Assembly (NCBI GenBank): GCA_018296565.1
Contig: GCA_018296565.1_3935.1
Source: a phage
Direction: 5' to 3' (one strand)
Length of the DNA stretch: 64,000 bases
Both the position numbers and the translations under genes were made by a program. The stretch's first letter is position 1. The number at the start of each line of letters is the position of its first letter. Under the pieces are notes generated by a model that saw only the letters and a program-made list of their open reading frames with translations, was not told the DNA's origin and did not search any database. Of the stretch, positions 7,920 through 25,323 are shown piece by piece.

Positions 7920-8419
7920 TGGCTGAAGTTATCTCTATTTCAAATGCTACACGAGTGCATTCGTATAGAGGTGTTCTTATCATCACTGACAAATTATCTG
8001 TAGAGGCTGGCTCAAGGGTCAGCCTTTCAGGTTATGCAAGTGATGGTGGAACCTCTGACGTTTTCACTATTTGTAGGTTACTTGATGCACCAATGAGTGG
8101 AAAACCGTTTATTTCAGGAAATTGTAGTGAAATTGTTAAAATTCCATTTGACAGTTCATGCCTTTTGGGTGTAAAGTTATATAACTGCGAGAATAAACGT
8201 ATCAATGTTAATAGCATTGAAGCCGCTTTCATTACCCTCGACACTGCATTTCAATCTCCAATGACAGTTAATAAAGAAACAAACAGACTTGAGTACATTT
8301 TTTCACAAAATGATTACAAAGTACTTGTCAAAGGTAAAGTATATGATATGATTGTAAATGTGGTAGATGAATCTGGTAACCATTCAACAGTCCTTAAACA
8401 AAAAGTAAGGTTTAATTAA
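7919..8419 (+). CDS. Hypothetical protein (head module)
   Basis: 166 aa ORF, start overlaps portal stop; no recognisable motif. Confidence 0.45.
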   Translation: MAEVISISNATRVHSYRGVLIITDKLSVEAGSRVSLSGYASDGGTSDVFTICRLLDAPMSGKPFISGNCSEIVKIPFDSSCLLGVKLYNCENKRINVNSIEAAFITLDTAFQSPMTVNKETNRLEYIFSQNDYKVLVKGKVYDMIVNVVDESGNHSTVLKQKVRFN

Positions 8420-8751
8420 TGGGAACATTAACTATTGATGGTAAGAATAAAATCCTCGCCACGCTAACCCCAACGACTATTATTTTACACAATGTAGACC
8501 CAACGGCAGACCCTACAGCAAATAAGGTTACTCAGCCAGTGGCTATTTATTTTTCTGAACCGGATAATGGCTTAATTGCCTCAGAAGATACAGTTAATAT
8601 TACTGTTCCAGCTTCTGCAACGGTCTCACACTATAGCTTGTGGGATGCTAACGATAAATGCGTGGCAACTGGTGCTCTTAGCAAACCTCAATTCTTTACT
8701 GAAGAAGGTATCTATGTTATCTCTTCAGTCTCTGTAGATTTAAACAAATAG
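8419..8751 (+). CDS. Hypothetical protein (head module)
   Basis: 110 aa ORF, ATG overlaps upstream stop. Confidence 0.45.
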   Translation: MGTLTIDGKNKILATLTPTTIILHNVDPTADPTANKVTQPVAIYFSEPDNGLIASEDTVNITVPASATVSHYSLWDANDKCVATGALSKPQFFTEEGIYVISSVSVDLNK

Positions 8752-8762
8752 GGTGAGTAAAA

Positions 8763-10109
8763 ATGAGTTCGAATATCTTCAGACTTGCTGATAGATTATT
8801 CAACCAACCTTTACTAGCCACTGAATCATTAGCTCACTCAGCAGCAACTTATGTGAATAACAGATTGCTGGGTGATGTCCAAGCAGCAGTAAACTTTGAT
8901 AAACCCAAAGGTGAAGCAAGAAGTCTTTTAAAAGTAAAAGATGACATTGCTATTATCCCTATTATGGGTGGTTTAACCCATCGTATGACATTCATTGATG
9001 CAATGTGTACAGGTGGATTAAGCTCTTATGAAGGTTTGCGTAGAGGCTTTGACGAAGCTTTAGCAGATGAGTCAATCAAGACTATTGTTCTGCATATTGA
9101 TTCCGGTGGTGGTGAAGCTTCAGGTTGCTTTGAATTAGCACGTCACATTATGGCTTCAAGAGGCCAAAAGAAAATTATTGCTTATGTAGATGAGTTCGCT
9201 TGTTCCGCTGCATACGCTCTTGCATCTTCTGCTGAAGAAATTATTGCATCACCAGATGCAGATGTTGGTTCTATTGGTGTAATTATGGTTCATCAGGAAT
9301 TAACTAAGGCATTTGAAAAGAATGGCGTAACAATTAACGTCATCAAAGCTGGTGAGTTTAAAGGTATGGGTTCACCATTCCAAGCACTCTCAGAAGAAAG
9401 CAAAGAAAGACTTCAAAAGAGAATTAATGATACATACGCAACCTTTACAGGTTTTGTAGCCGAATCTCGTAATCTCTCTGAAGAAGCTGTAAAGAATACT
9501 GAGGCGAATGTTTATTCTGCTCAGGAAGCTCTTGAACTTGGTTTAATTAACTCAATCATGTCTCAAGATGATTTCTTAAATTACTTACAAGGTTCTGAAG
9601 AGGCTCCTGTAAGTTTAAACGTTAACAATTCAGGTGAAGAAATGACTGAACAAGAAAAGCAAGAACTAGAAGCTTTGCGTCTTCAGGTTGCTCAAATGAA
9701 AGCTAAAGAACAGGAAGCTGCTTTGTCAGATTTGACTAATAAGATTTCTGCTTCTGCTGAAGCTTTTGGATTTGATGCAAAAGAAGCTGCAACGACTATT
9801 TTAGGTGCTGGTCTTGATAACCCTCTGAGTGTTCTGTTTATGAATGCTATGGAAGGTGCTAACCAGAAACTTAATGAAACTATCGCGTCCCATGCTTCTG
9901 CAATGGAAGAAAAAGAATCAGAAATTACCAAGCTGAAAGAAACTGCTGGTGCTGTTCTTGAACATTCCAACGCTATGGAAGAAATGGGTAATGACGGCGA
10001 AGCTGATTTGGTTGAAGAAGAAAAAGAACCAGCTAAGAATGCTTCCGAAGACACCGCTGAACAACGCAAACTGGCTCTCCAGAATGCTCTAAAATCTCTT
10101 ATCAAATAA
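8763..10109 (+). CDS. Prohead protease (S49/ClpP-fold) fused to scaffold-like C-terminal domain
   Basis: N-terminal region resembles SppA/ClpP-type serine peptidases (IIPIMGG, VLHIDSGGGEASG, FACSAAYALA); C-terminal about 150 aa is Ala/Glu-rich coiled coil. Sits between portal and capsid genes. Confidence 0.7.
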   Translation: MSSNIFRLADRLFNQPLLATESLAHSAATYVNNRLLGDVQAAVNFDKPKGEARSLLKVKDDIAIIPIMGGLTHRMTFIDAMCTGGLSSYEGLRRGFDEALADESIKTIVLHIDSGGGEASGCFELARHIMASRGQKKIIAYVDEFACSAAYALASSAEEIIASPDADVGSIGVIMVHQELTKAFEKNGVTINVIKAGEFKGMGSPFQALSEESKERLQKRINDTYATFTGFVAESRNLSEEAVKNTEANVYSAQEALELGLINSIMSQDDFLNYLQGSEEAPVSLNVNNSGEEMTEQEKQELEALRLQVAQMKAKEQEAALSDLTNKISASAEAFGFDAKEAATTILGAGLDNPLSVLFMNAMEGANQKLNETIASHASAMEEKESEITKLKETAGAVLEHSNAMEEMGNDGEADLVEEEKEPAKNASEDTAEQRKLALQNALKSLIK

Positions 10110-10120
10110 GGAACACAATA

Positions 10121-10498
10121 ATGGCATATCAAGGTTTTACTAAGTTAGGTAAAAGAGAACCTCTGAATGATATCATTCTTTGGGAACAGGTTACCCCAAC
10201 AGGCCACTCTCGTAAAGAGTACACTCCACAGGCATCTACAGAATACCGTGTAGGTGAGGTTCTGAAGGCAGACGGTACTAAAGTTACAGCAGGACAAGAA
10301 GCTCAGGCTGATTCGGTATGTATCGTTAACTTTTATGCAGACCTGCAACTGTCTTACCACGGTCAGTTGAAAGTTGTTGGTATTTACCGCGACGCAGAAC
10401 TAAAAGACCTGCTTACTCTTGAGTCAGGTGTTGATGCTGCCGCAGTCAAGACAGCTCTGGCTGCTAAAGGTATTGATTTCGTACCAACTGGTCTGTAA
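10121..10498 (+). CDS. Head decoration-like protein (by position)
   Basis: 125 aa ORF between protease/scaffold and major capsid genes, the position of lambda gpD; no motif-level support. Confidence 0.4.
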   Translation: MAYQGFTKLGKREPLNDIILWEQVTPTGHSRKEYTPQASTEYRVGEVLKADGTKVTAGQEAQADSVCIVNFYADLQLSYHGQLKVVGIYRDAELKDLLTLESGVDAAAVKTALAAKGIDFVPTGL

Positions 10499-10531
10499 TA
10501 ACAATAATAAGACATTCTGGAGAATTTTACA

Positions 10532-11638
10532 ATGTTGACTAATTCTGAAAAAAGCAGATTTTTCCTTGCTGACCTGACTGGTGAAGTCCAGTCTATCCCA
10601 AATACTTATGGGTATATTTCCAACTTAGGTCTATTCCGTTCAGCACCAATCACCCAAACTACTTTCCTGATGGACTTGACTGATTGGGATGTTAGCTTGC
10701 TTGATGCGGTAGACCGTGATAGCCGTAAAGCAGAGACTAGCGCACCTGAGCGTGTTCGTCAAATCAGCTTCCCAATGATGTACTTCAAAGAAGTTGAAAG
10801 CATTACTCCTGATGAGATTCAGGGTGTACGTCAGCCAGGCACTGCAAACGAACTGACTACTGAAGCTGTAGTACGTGCCAAGAAGCTGATGAAGATTCGT
10901 ACCAAGTTCGATATTACTCGTGAGTTCCTGTTTATGCAAGCTCTGAAGGGTAAAGTTGTTGATGCTCGTGGTACTCTGTACGCTGACCTGTACAAGCAGT
11001 TCGACGTTGAGAAGAAGACTATTTACTTCGACCTTGACAACCCTAATGCTGACATCGACGCTTCTATTGAAGAACTGCGTATGCACATGGAAGATGAAGC
11101 TAAGACTGGCACTGTAATCAACGGTGAAGAAATTCACGTAGTTGTTGACCGTGTGTTCTTCAGCAAGCTTACTAAACATCCTAAGATTCGTGACGCTTAT
11201 CTTGCACAGCAGACTCCGCTGGCTTGGCAACAGATTACTGGTTCTCTGAGAACTGGTGGTACTGACGGCGTTCAGGCTCACATGAACACTTTCTACTACG
11301 GTGGTGTTAAGTTTGTCCAGTACAACGGTAAGTTCAAAGATAAGCGTGGTAAGGTTCACACTCTGGTGAGTATTGATAGTGTAGCAGCAACTGTTGGTGT
11401 AGGTCATGCTTTCCCTAACGTTTCTATGCTGGGTGAAGCAAACAACATCTTCGAAGTGGCATATGGTCCATGTCCTAAGATGGGTTATGCAAATACACTT
11501 GGTCAGGAACTGTACGTATTCGAATACGAAAAAGACCGTGACGAAGGTATTGACTTTGAAGCTCACTCTTACATGCTGCCATACTGCACACGTCCTCAGT
11601 TGCTGGTAGACGTTCGTTCTGACGCTAAACCAGACTAA
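10532..11638 (+). CDS. Major capsid protein (putative)
   Basis: 368 aa, strongly biased high-expression codon usage (ctg, cgt, ggt, aac), downstream of protease/scaffold and decoration-like genes. Confidence 0.65.
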   Translation: MLTNSEKSRFFLADLTGEVQSIPNTYGYISNLGLFRSAPITQTTFLMDLTDWDVSLLDAVDRDSRKAETSAPERVRQISFPMMYFKEVESITPDEIQGVRQPGTANELTTEAVVRAKKLMKIRTKFDITREFLFMQALKGKVVDARGTLYADLYKQFDVEKKTIYFDLDNPNADIDASIEELRMHMEDEAKTGTVINGEEIHVVVDRVFFSKLTKHPKIRDAYLAQQTPLAWQQITGSLRTGGTDGVQAHMNTFYYGGVKFVQYNGKFKDKRGKVHTLVSIDSVAATVGVGHAFPNVSMLGEANNIFEVAYGPCPKMGYANTLGQELYVFEYEKDRDEGIDFEAHSYMLPYCTRPQLLVDVRSDAKPD

Positions 11639-11659
11639 TATTCTTAAGGAGGGTTATGA

Positions 11660-12109
11660 ATGTGTTATACAGGCGACCCAGCCAATAACCCTCTTGATAG
11701 AGTAAGAATCCTCTGCACAGACACCAATAATGATGAAATTCTTATTGAGCAGTCTGTGCTAGAGTGGTTCTATCTAGAATCTGGAAAGGATGAAAAGAAA
11801 GCAGCCATCAAAGCTCTTAAATATTTACTCTTTCAAGTAGCCAAGATGGGAGATGAGAAAGTTGGTGGTGTTTATTTACGTAACTCTTCCAGATTCAAAT
11901 CTCTGAAAGCTGTTTATGACGACCTTGTTAAAAGCTCTGTTTCAGGACTACCCTATGCAGGTGGTATTAATCAGTGTGATATTGACATGCGTCGTCAGAA
12001 TCCTTGCTCTGTCAAGAAATACACAGAATATGGTGATGCTGCCAGATACGAAGGCAGAGATTACTGCAACCGTGTTAATGGCGTATTTATTATCGAGCGA
12101 GATGAATAA
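11660..12109 (+). CDS. Hypothetical neck/head-completion protein
   Basis: 149 aa ORF after capsid gene with aaggaggg RBS. Confidence 0.4.
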   Translation: MCYTGDPANNPLDRVRILCTDTNNDEILIEQSVLEWFYLESGKDEKKAAIKALKYLLFQVAKMGDEKVGGVYLRNSSRFKSLKAVYDDLVKSSVSGLPYAGGINQCDIDMRRQNPCSVKKYTEYGDAARYEGRDYCNRVNGVFIIERDE

Positions 12110-12591
12110 TGGTTAAAAGGGTTATTCACCCCGCGAGAGCAAAATTAGTCGGGGCTATGAAGAACTTGCAAACGGCTAATGCTCAAGTTGGGTATTTTCA
12201 AGAACAAGGTCAACATAGCTCTGGTTTTTCTTATCCTGCTTTAATGTATTTACAAGAAGTTATTGGTGTTCCTTCAGCTTCTGGTAAAGTATATCGTAGG
12301 TTGTTTGAAATCACTATGATGCTAAACAAACAGACCTTGTTAGAGCAGACTAAGAAGAATCTATATAAGCAACTTAGCAGTCTCAATACAGACCCTTCAA
12401 ATACCTTAGAAGCATTTGCAAAGAATGCTCAGAAGGCAATTAAAAGAGGTTTTGGTAATTCTGCTATCCTCCCTCCTAACGCACCTTCCACAGTCAAGAA
12501 AAAAGGCTTTAATGCACCTCTTGTTGAGACAGGTGACTTAAGGGATAACCTTGCTTATAAAATTTCTACTAAGAAGGGTATTAAGAAATGA
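12109..12591 (+). CDS. Hypothetical neck/head-tail joining protein
   Basis: 160 aa ORF, ATG overlaps upstream stop. Confidence 0.4.
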   Translation: MVKRVIHPARAKLVGAMKNLQTANAQVGYFQEQGQHSSGFSYPALMYLQEVIGVPSASGKVYRRLFEITMMLNKQTLLEQTKKNLYKQLSSLNTDPSNTLEAFAKNAQKAIKRGFGNSAILPPNAPSTVKKKGFNAPLVETGDLRDNLAYKISTKKGIKK

Positions 12592-12989
12592 GACTCTTAA
12601 ACAGACACAGCTTTGTAGTAAAGCGTAAAGTCTCTGAAGACGGTTATTATAATGATGATGGTGATTGGGTAGCTTCACAAGATATTGTTGAGGTTAACTG
12701 TAAAGGTAATATCCAGCCATATATCAAAGGTTCTGTAAAGAATGGTACACAGATTGCTTTACCGGAGGGTATTAGACTTACCGATACAAGAATCCTGTAT
12801 ACCACATATAAACTTAGTACTTCAGACGATGTAGAGTGGAATGAGTCTGACATTGTTATGATTGATGGTCATGAGTATGAAGTATTTATGACTATGGATT
12901 GGTCACAGCAATTAGCCCATACATCCCATTATGAATATATCATTATTAGAAGGGATAAAATGAATGCAGTTAGAAACAGCAGAACTTGA
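12588..12989 (+). CDS. Hypothetical neck protein
   Basis: 133 aa ORF, overlapping start with upstream gene. Confidence 0.4.
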   Translation: MRLLNRHSFVVKRKVSEDGYYNDDGDWVASQDIVEVNCKGNIQPYIKGSVKNGTQIALPEGIRLTDTRILYTTYKLSTSDDVEWNESDIVMIDGHEYEVFMTMDWSQQLAHTSHYEYIIIRRDKMNAVRNSRT

Positions 12990-13563
12990 AAAAGGTCTAG
13001 TTAGAACCTTAGTGGATGTTATTGGTCACAGATTAGCTCGTGATAAAAATAATAGGCCAAACGTAATTAGAGCTTACCCTTCTGATAACTCAAATGACAA
13101 AGGTTTAAAACCTGACCAGCCATTTATTACCGTATATTGTCAAGATGCTGCAACACCTTATGGTTGGGTTCTTGATAAATTTGTTGAAGATGATGTAGTT
13201 TGCTACAGAATTGCTTTTCAGATTCCTGTATTGATTACGGTAAATGGTAAGGGTGCTCACAGTATCATGCTTGAGCTTAAACAACGATTAGAGATGAGTT
13301 CAGTCAGAGATTTAATCCTTGAAGAAACGGGGGCCACAGTACTAGATACTGGAGCAATCCCGAATGACTATACTTATCTCAATACAGATTTCGAAAATTC
13401 TGCACCTCTTGTTGTAACTCTTGTAAAAAATTCAGTCCTGAAAGATGAACGTGGAAGTATTATTGAGCGTGTCATTGCTGATGGTGAGTTAGTTTACGAA
13501 GAAGGACAAGAGCCACCAGAATATACTATCCATCTAGATGTAGACTCCAAAGGGGTAAAATAA
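12964..13563 (+). CDS. Hypothetical tail-completion protein
   Basis: 199 aa ORF directly upstream of the sheath-sized gene. Confidence 0.4.
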   Translation: MQLETAELEKGLVRTLVDVIGHRLARDKNNRPNVIRAYPSDNSNDKGLKPDQPFITVYCQDAATPYGWVLDKFVEDDVVCYRIAFQIPVLITVNGKGAHSIMLELKQRLEMSSVRDLILEETGATVLDTGAIPNDYTYLNTDFENSAPLVVTLVKNSVLKDERGSIIERVIADGELVYEEGQEPPEYTIHLDVDSKGVK

Positions 13564-14916
13564 ATGTGGAATCCAATTGTTAATGTAGATATTACATTGA
13601 ACACCGCAGGAACTACAAGAGAAGGTTTTGGCTTGCCACTATTCTTAGCTTCAACAGACAACTTTGAAGAAAGAGTGCGTGGCTACACTTCCTTAACTGA
13701 AGTTGCTGAAGATTTCGATGAAAACTCTGCTGCATATAAAGCTGCTAAACAACTTTGGAGTCAGACTCCTAAAGTAACTCAGCTTTATATTGGTAGACGT
13801 GCTATGCAGTACACTGTATCAATTCCTGATGCCGTTGCCGAAAGTACAGACTACTCAATTACTGTAGCTGCTGGCGGTGGAATTTCTCAACCATATCAGT
13901 ATACAGCAGTGGAATCAGATACTGCTGAGAAAGTTTTGCAACAGTTTAAAACACAGATTGAAGCTGACCCAACAATCAAAGACAAGGTTTCTGTGAACGT
14001 AACTGGTAGTGGTGGTTCTGCCACAATGGTTATCACCAAAGCTGGTGACAATGACTTTGTAAAAGTAACAACCACAGCACAGACTGTATATATTGCAAGT
14101 ACAACTGCCGATACAGCATCAACCGCTCTAGCAGCTATTGAAGCTTATTCAACTGACTGGTATTTCATTGCAGCAGAAGATAGAACTCAACAGTTTGTCT
14201 TAGCAATGGCTTCTGAGATTCAAGCTCGTAAGAAAATCTTCTTTACAGCTAACTCAGATGTAACAGCACTACAGGGCACAGAATTGGCTAGTGCAAATGA
14301 TGTTCCAGCACAGCTTGCTAAGAGCATGTACACTCGTACAGTTTGTTTGTGGCATCACACAGCAGCAGAAGACTATCCAGAAATGGCATACATTGCTTAT
14401 GGTGCTCCATATGATGCAGGGTCAATTGCTTGGGGTAATGCACAGCTCACTGGTGTAGCTGCTTCTCTACAACCAACTAATAAGAGACCACTAACAAGTA
14501 TTCAGAAATCTGCTTTAGATGCACGTCACTGTAACTTTATTGACCTTGATGGTGGTGTTCCAGTGGTTCGTAGAGGGATTACTTCTGGTGGGGAATGGAT
14601 TGATATCATCCGTGGTGTTGACTGGTTAGAATCAGACCTGAAAACTGCTCTGAGAGACTTGCTAATTAACCAGAAGGGTGGTAAGATTACTTATGATGAT
14701 ACTGGTATTACTCGTATTCGTCAAGTCATTGAAACCTCTCTGCAAAGAGCAGTCAACAGAAACTTCCTGTCATCTTACACAGTTAATGTTCCTAAAGCCT
14801 CTCAAGTTGCTTTGGCAGACAAGAAAGCTCGTATCCTGAAAGATATTACCTTCGCAGGTATCTTAGCAGGGGCTATCTTGGATGTTGACTTGAAAGGTAC
14901 AGTGGCTTACGAATAA
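13564..14916 (+). CDS. Tail sheath protein (putative)
   Basis: 450 aa ORF followed by a 148 aa tube-sized ORF, chaperone pair and tape measure: the canonical contractile-tail gene order. Confidence 0.55.
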   Translation: MWNPIVNVDITLNTAGTTREGFGLPLFLASTDNFEERVRGYTSLTEVAEDFDENSAAYKAAKQLWSQTPKVTQLYIGRRAMQYTVSIPDAVAESTDYSITVAAGGGISQPYQYTAVESDTAEKVLQQFKTQIEADPTIKDKVSVNVTGSGGSATMVITKAGDNDFVKVTTTAQTVYIASTTADTASTALAAIEAYSTDWYFIAAEDRTQQFVLAMASEIQARKKIFFTANSDVTALQGTELASANDVPAQLAKSMYTRTVCLWHHTAAEDYPEMAYIAYGAPYDAGSIAWGNAQLTGVAASLQPTNKRPLTSIQKSALDARHCNFIDLDGGVPVVRRGITSGGEWIDIIRGVDWLESDLKTALRDLLINQKGGKITYDDTGITRIRQVIETSLQRAVNRNFLSSYTVNVPKASQVALADKKARILKDITFAGILAGAILDVDLKGTVAYE

Positions 14917-14931
14917 TAGAGGTAAATTGGA

Positions 14932-15378
14932 ATGGCTATGTATCAGCAATATTCCCCTAAAGACGTTGTATGTAGCTGGAATGGTATTGCCATTGAAGGC
15001 TTTGCCCCAGACTCTTTCTTACGTCTACAGAGAACATCACCACTCGTGACACCAGTCGTTGGTGCAGGTGGTCAAGTTGCTCTGACAAGAAATGCAGACA
15101 AGACAGGTACTATTGAGATTGAGCTAATGCAGACTTCTCTCTCTAACCAGATGCTTTCTGCAATTCAAGCTAAACAAGACAATATGGAACTTGAAGAAGA
15201 TATCTCTTCTAACTTCGTAATCTACGACCCATCAGGCTCTGTTCTGGCAACTGGTATTAATGCTTGGTTGCAGGAATTACCACAGATTGAACTTGGTCGT
15301 GACCAGAACTCTAAAACTTGGATTTTTGGTTGTGAGAAGTTAGACTACACTTCTACAATTCCAGCGTCAAGTGTTTAA
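14932..15378 (+). CDS. Tail tube protein (putative)
   Basis: 148 aa ORF downstream of sheath, followed by a strong terminator. Confidence 0.5.
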   Translation: MAMYQQYSPKDVVCSWNGIAIEGFAPDSFLRLQRTSPLVTPVVGAGGQVALTRNADKTGTIEIELMQTSLSNQMLSAIQAKQDNMELEEDISSNFVIYDPSGSVLATGINAWLQELPQIELGRDQNSKTWIFGCEKLDYTSTIPASSV

Positions 15379-15389
15379 TAAATCCTATA

Positions 15390-15425
15390 AGGGGGAGACT
15401 TTAAAAGGTCTTCCCCTTTTTTGTT
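15390..15425 (+). terminator. Rho-independent terminator after tail tube gene
   Basis: GC-rich hairpin gggggagac...gtcttcccc followed by TTTTTT. Confidence 0.55.
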
Positions 15426-15451
15426 TCTTTTAAAAGTATTAAGGAATCACA

Positions 15452-15850
15452 ATGAAAACAGAATCTAGAGTAATTAATGGTAAGAAAGTAAATATCATTC
15501 TGCTTGGGGCAAGAGATGGTATTAAGATGTCTATGAAGTTGGGTAAGATTGTTGTCCCAACATTTGCACAGATGCTGTCAAGTCTGACTGATAAAGATAA
15601 GAAAGAAGCTCCAATGGTTCCATTTAAAGAACTTGTTGAAGCTTGTTTTGACAGAATTGAAGAAATTAACCTAGAAGAAATGGCTACATTACTATTTCAA
15701 GGGGCAACTGTTGATGACTTCCCACTTAATATTGATACGTACTTCCAAGCAAACTATGGTGAATTTATTGATTACTTAGCATTTGCTCTGGAGGCAAACT
15801 TCGGAAGTTTTTTCGAAGCAAGCATTTTCAAAAGCCTAACTTCTCAGTAA
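15452..15850 (+). CDS. Tail assembly chaperone (G-like)
   Basis: 132 aa acidic ORF immediately upstream of tape measure gene; contains slippery heptamer near 3' end. Confidence 0.5.
   Translation: MKTESRVINGKKVNIILLGARDGIKMSMKLGKIVVPTFAQMLSSLTDKDKKEAPMVPFKELVEACFDRIEEINLEEMATLLFQGATVDDFPLNIDTYFQANYGEFIDYLAFALEANFGSFFEASIFKSLTSQ
15808..15814 (+). other. Candidate -1 programmed ribosomal frameshift site T_TTT_TTC
   Basis: X_XXY_YYZ heptamer in the zero frame of the 15452 ORF. The -1 frame is open from here into the 15853-16092 ORF, giving a G/GT-type fusion. Confidence 0.45.
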
Positions 15851-15852
15851 AC

Positions 15853-16091
15853 ATGGGTAACACTCTACAGACACCACTAACTGATGCTGCTGTAGAGGCA
15901 ACCTATGAAGAAGCAGACGAGATGAAATTTGTGCTTGCTATTTATGGTATGGAAGGGTGTAAAGAAACACTTGACCAACTCTTTGCTATGACATTCTCTG
16001 ATTTATTATCATTGAGACAATTTCTTGAAATTCAGAGGTCGTATAAAGAGGAAATTGCTTACAACGAACTTAGAAGAGCAGGAAAAATGTA

Positions 16092-16092
<1 letters not shown>
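15853..16092 (+). CDS. Tail assembly chaperone frameshift extension (T-like)
   Basis: 79 aa ORF in -1 frame relative to upstream chaperone, ends at tape measure start. Confidence 0.45.
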
Positions 16093-24102
<8,010 letters not shown>

Positions 24103-24104
24103 TA

Positions 24105-25277
24105 ATGGCAGTAGGTGAAATTCAAATTAGTGCCTTGCCTCAAGCAGCCTTGCCAATTGACCTTAGTGATATCTTCCATCTTAAGCAGGGTATTGAGGAT
24201 AAAAGGTGTACTCTTGAGCAATTACTTGCTCCACACTCAAGCCTAAGAAATAACCCTCATGGTGTTACTAAAACACAAATTGGTTTAGATAATGTTATTA
24301 ATGCTCTTCAGTTAGTCGCTGCAAATAACTTATCAGATATTGTTAATGTAGCTGAGGCAAGAGCAAATCTACAGATTATGTCTTCAGAAGAGGTTAATAA
24401 CCTTGTCCAACAACACATCAAGGACAAGAGTAACCCACACAATACAACTAAGGCACAGGTTGGCTTAAGTAATGTTCAGAACTGGACAACATCTGACCTT
24501 TATAATGAAGATGCAAATAAGTATGCTACAGCAAGAGCAGTAAATAACTTGTACAAGGCTGTTCAGGCTTCTTATCCAGTAGGTACTATTCATCTTTCTA
24601 TGAACTCTGCAAACCCTTCTACATACTTAATTTGTGGGGGTACTTGGGAGCTAGTTTCAAAGGGTAGAGCATTGGTTGGCTATGACTCTGACACAAGACC
24701 AGCAGGTTCTGTATTTGGTGCTTCAACTGTTACTTTGTCAGTTAATAATATGCCTCAGCACTCCCACTCTGTGTCTCTTAGTGGTGGTGGTCACACTCAT
24801 AGTGCCACTGTGTCAATTTCAGCTTTTGACTATGGAACTAAGACTACCAATTCTTTTGACTATGGAACAAAGACTACTAATACAACTGGTAATCATACAC
24901 ACAGTGTGTCAGGTAACACAAGTACAAACGGTACTCATGACCATGATGTGTACCCTAGAGAAAATGATGGTACTGGTAATGCTGTAGCTGACTCTGATGG
25001 TGGTGGTGCAAGAAGGACGTCAAGGACATCTAGTGACGGTGCACACTCACACAGTTTTAGCGTTACATCTGGTGCATCTGGTAACCACAGCCACACAGTC
25101 GGTATTGGTGCTCACAGCCACACAGTCGGCATCGGCTCACATACACACAGTGGTTCTGTAACAGTTTCTTCTTCTGAGCATACACACAGTGGGAACACAA
25201 ATAGTGTTGGTAGTGGACAAGCTTTCAATATTGAACAGCCATCCTTCGTACTATATGTATGGCAGAGAACAGCTTAA
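24105..25277 (+). CDS. Tail fibre protein with His-rich HxH repeat tip
   Basis: 390 aa; C-terminal half has repeated HSHS, GHTHS, HTHSVSG, HSHTVGIG motifs and a tandem duplication SFDYGTKTTN x2; C-terminus shared with the next gene. Confidence 0.6.
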   Translation: MAVGEIQISALPQAALPIDLSDIFHLKQGIEDKRCTLEQLLAPHSSLRNNPHGVTKTQIGLDNVINALQLVAANNLSDIVNVAEARANLQIMSSEEVNNLVQQHIKDKSNPHNTTKAQVGLSNVQNWTTSDLYNEDANKYATARAVNNLYKAVQASYPVGTIHLSMNSANPSTYLICGGTWELVSKGRALVGYDSDTRPAGSVFGASTVTLSVNNMPQHSHSVSLSGGGHTHSATVSISAFDYGTKTTNSFDYGTKTTNTTGNHTHSVSGNTSTNGTHDHDVYPRENDGTGNAVADSDGGGARRTSRTSSDGAHSHSFSVTSGASGNHSHTVGIGAHSHTVGIGSHTHSGSVTVSSSEHTHSGNTNSVGSGQAFNIEQPSFVLYVWQRTA

Positions 25278-25286
25278 TTTCTTTAC

Positions 25287-25308
25287 AGGGACTTTGTAGT
25301 CCCTTTTT
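25287..25308 (+). terminator. Rho-independent terminator between the two fibre genes
   Basis: Hairpin agggact-ttgt-agtccct followed by TTTTT. Confidence 0.6.
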
Positions 25309-25323
25309 AGAGGAAAATTTATA

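Noticed and set aside
9692-10132. 146-aa antisense ORF within the scaffold domain region
   Set aside because: Ala/Ser-rich low-complexity translation mirroring the Ala/Glu-rich sense gene; shadow ORF.
10640-11566. 308-aa ORF on the minus strand antisense to the major capsid gene
   Set aside because: Lies entirely within a strongly codon-biased, highly expressed gene; low-complexity hydrophobic product, no RBS or promoter context. Typical shadow ORF.
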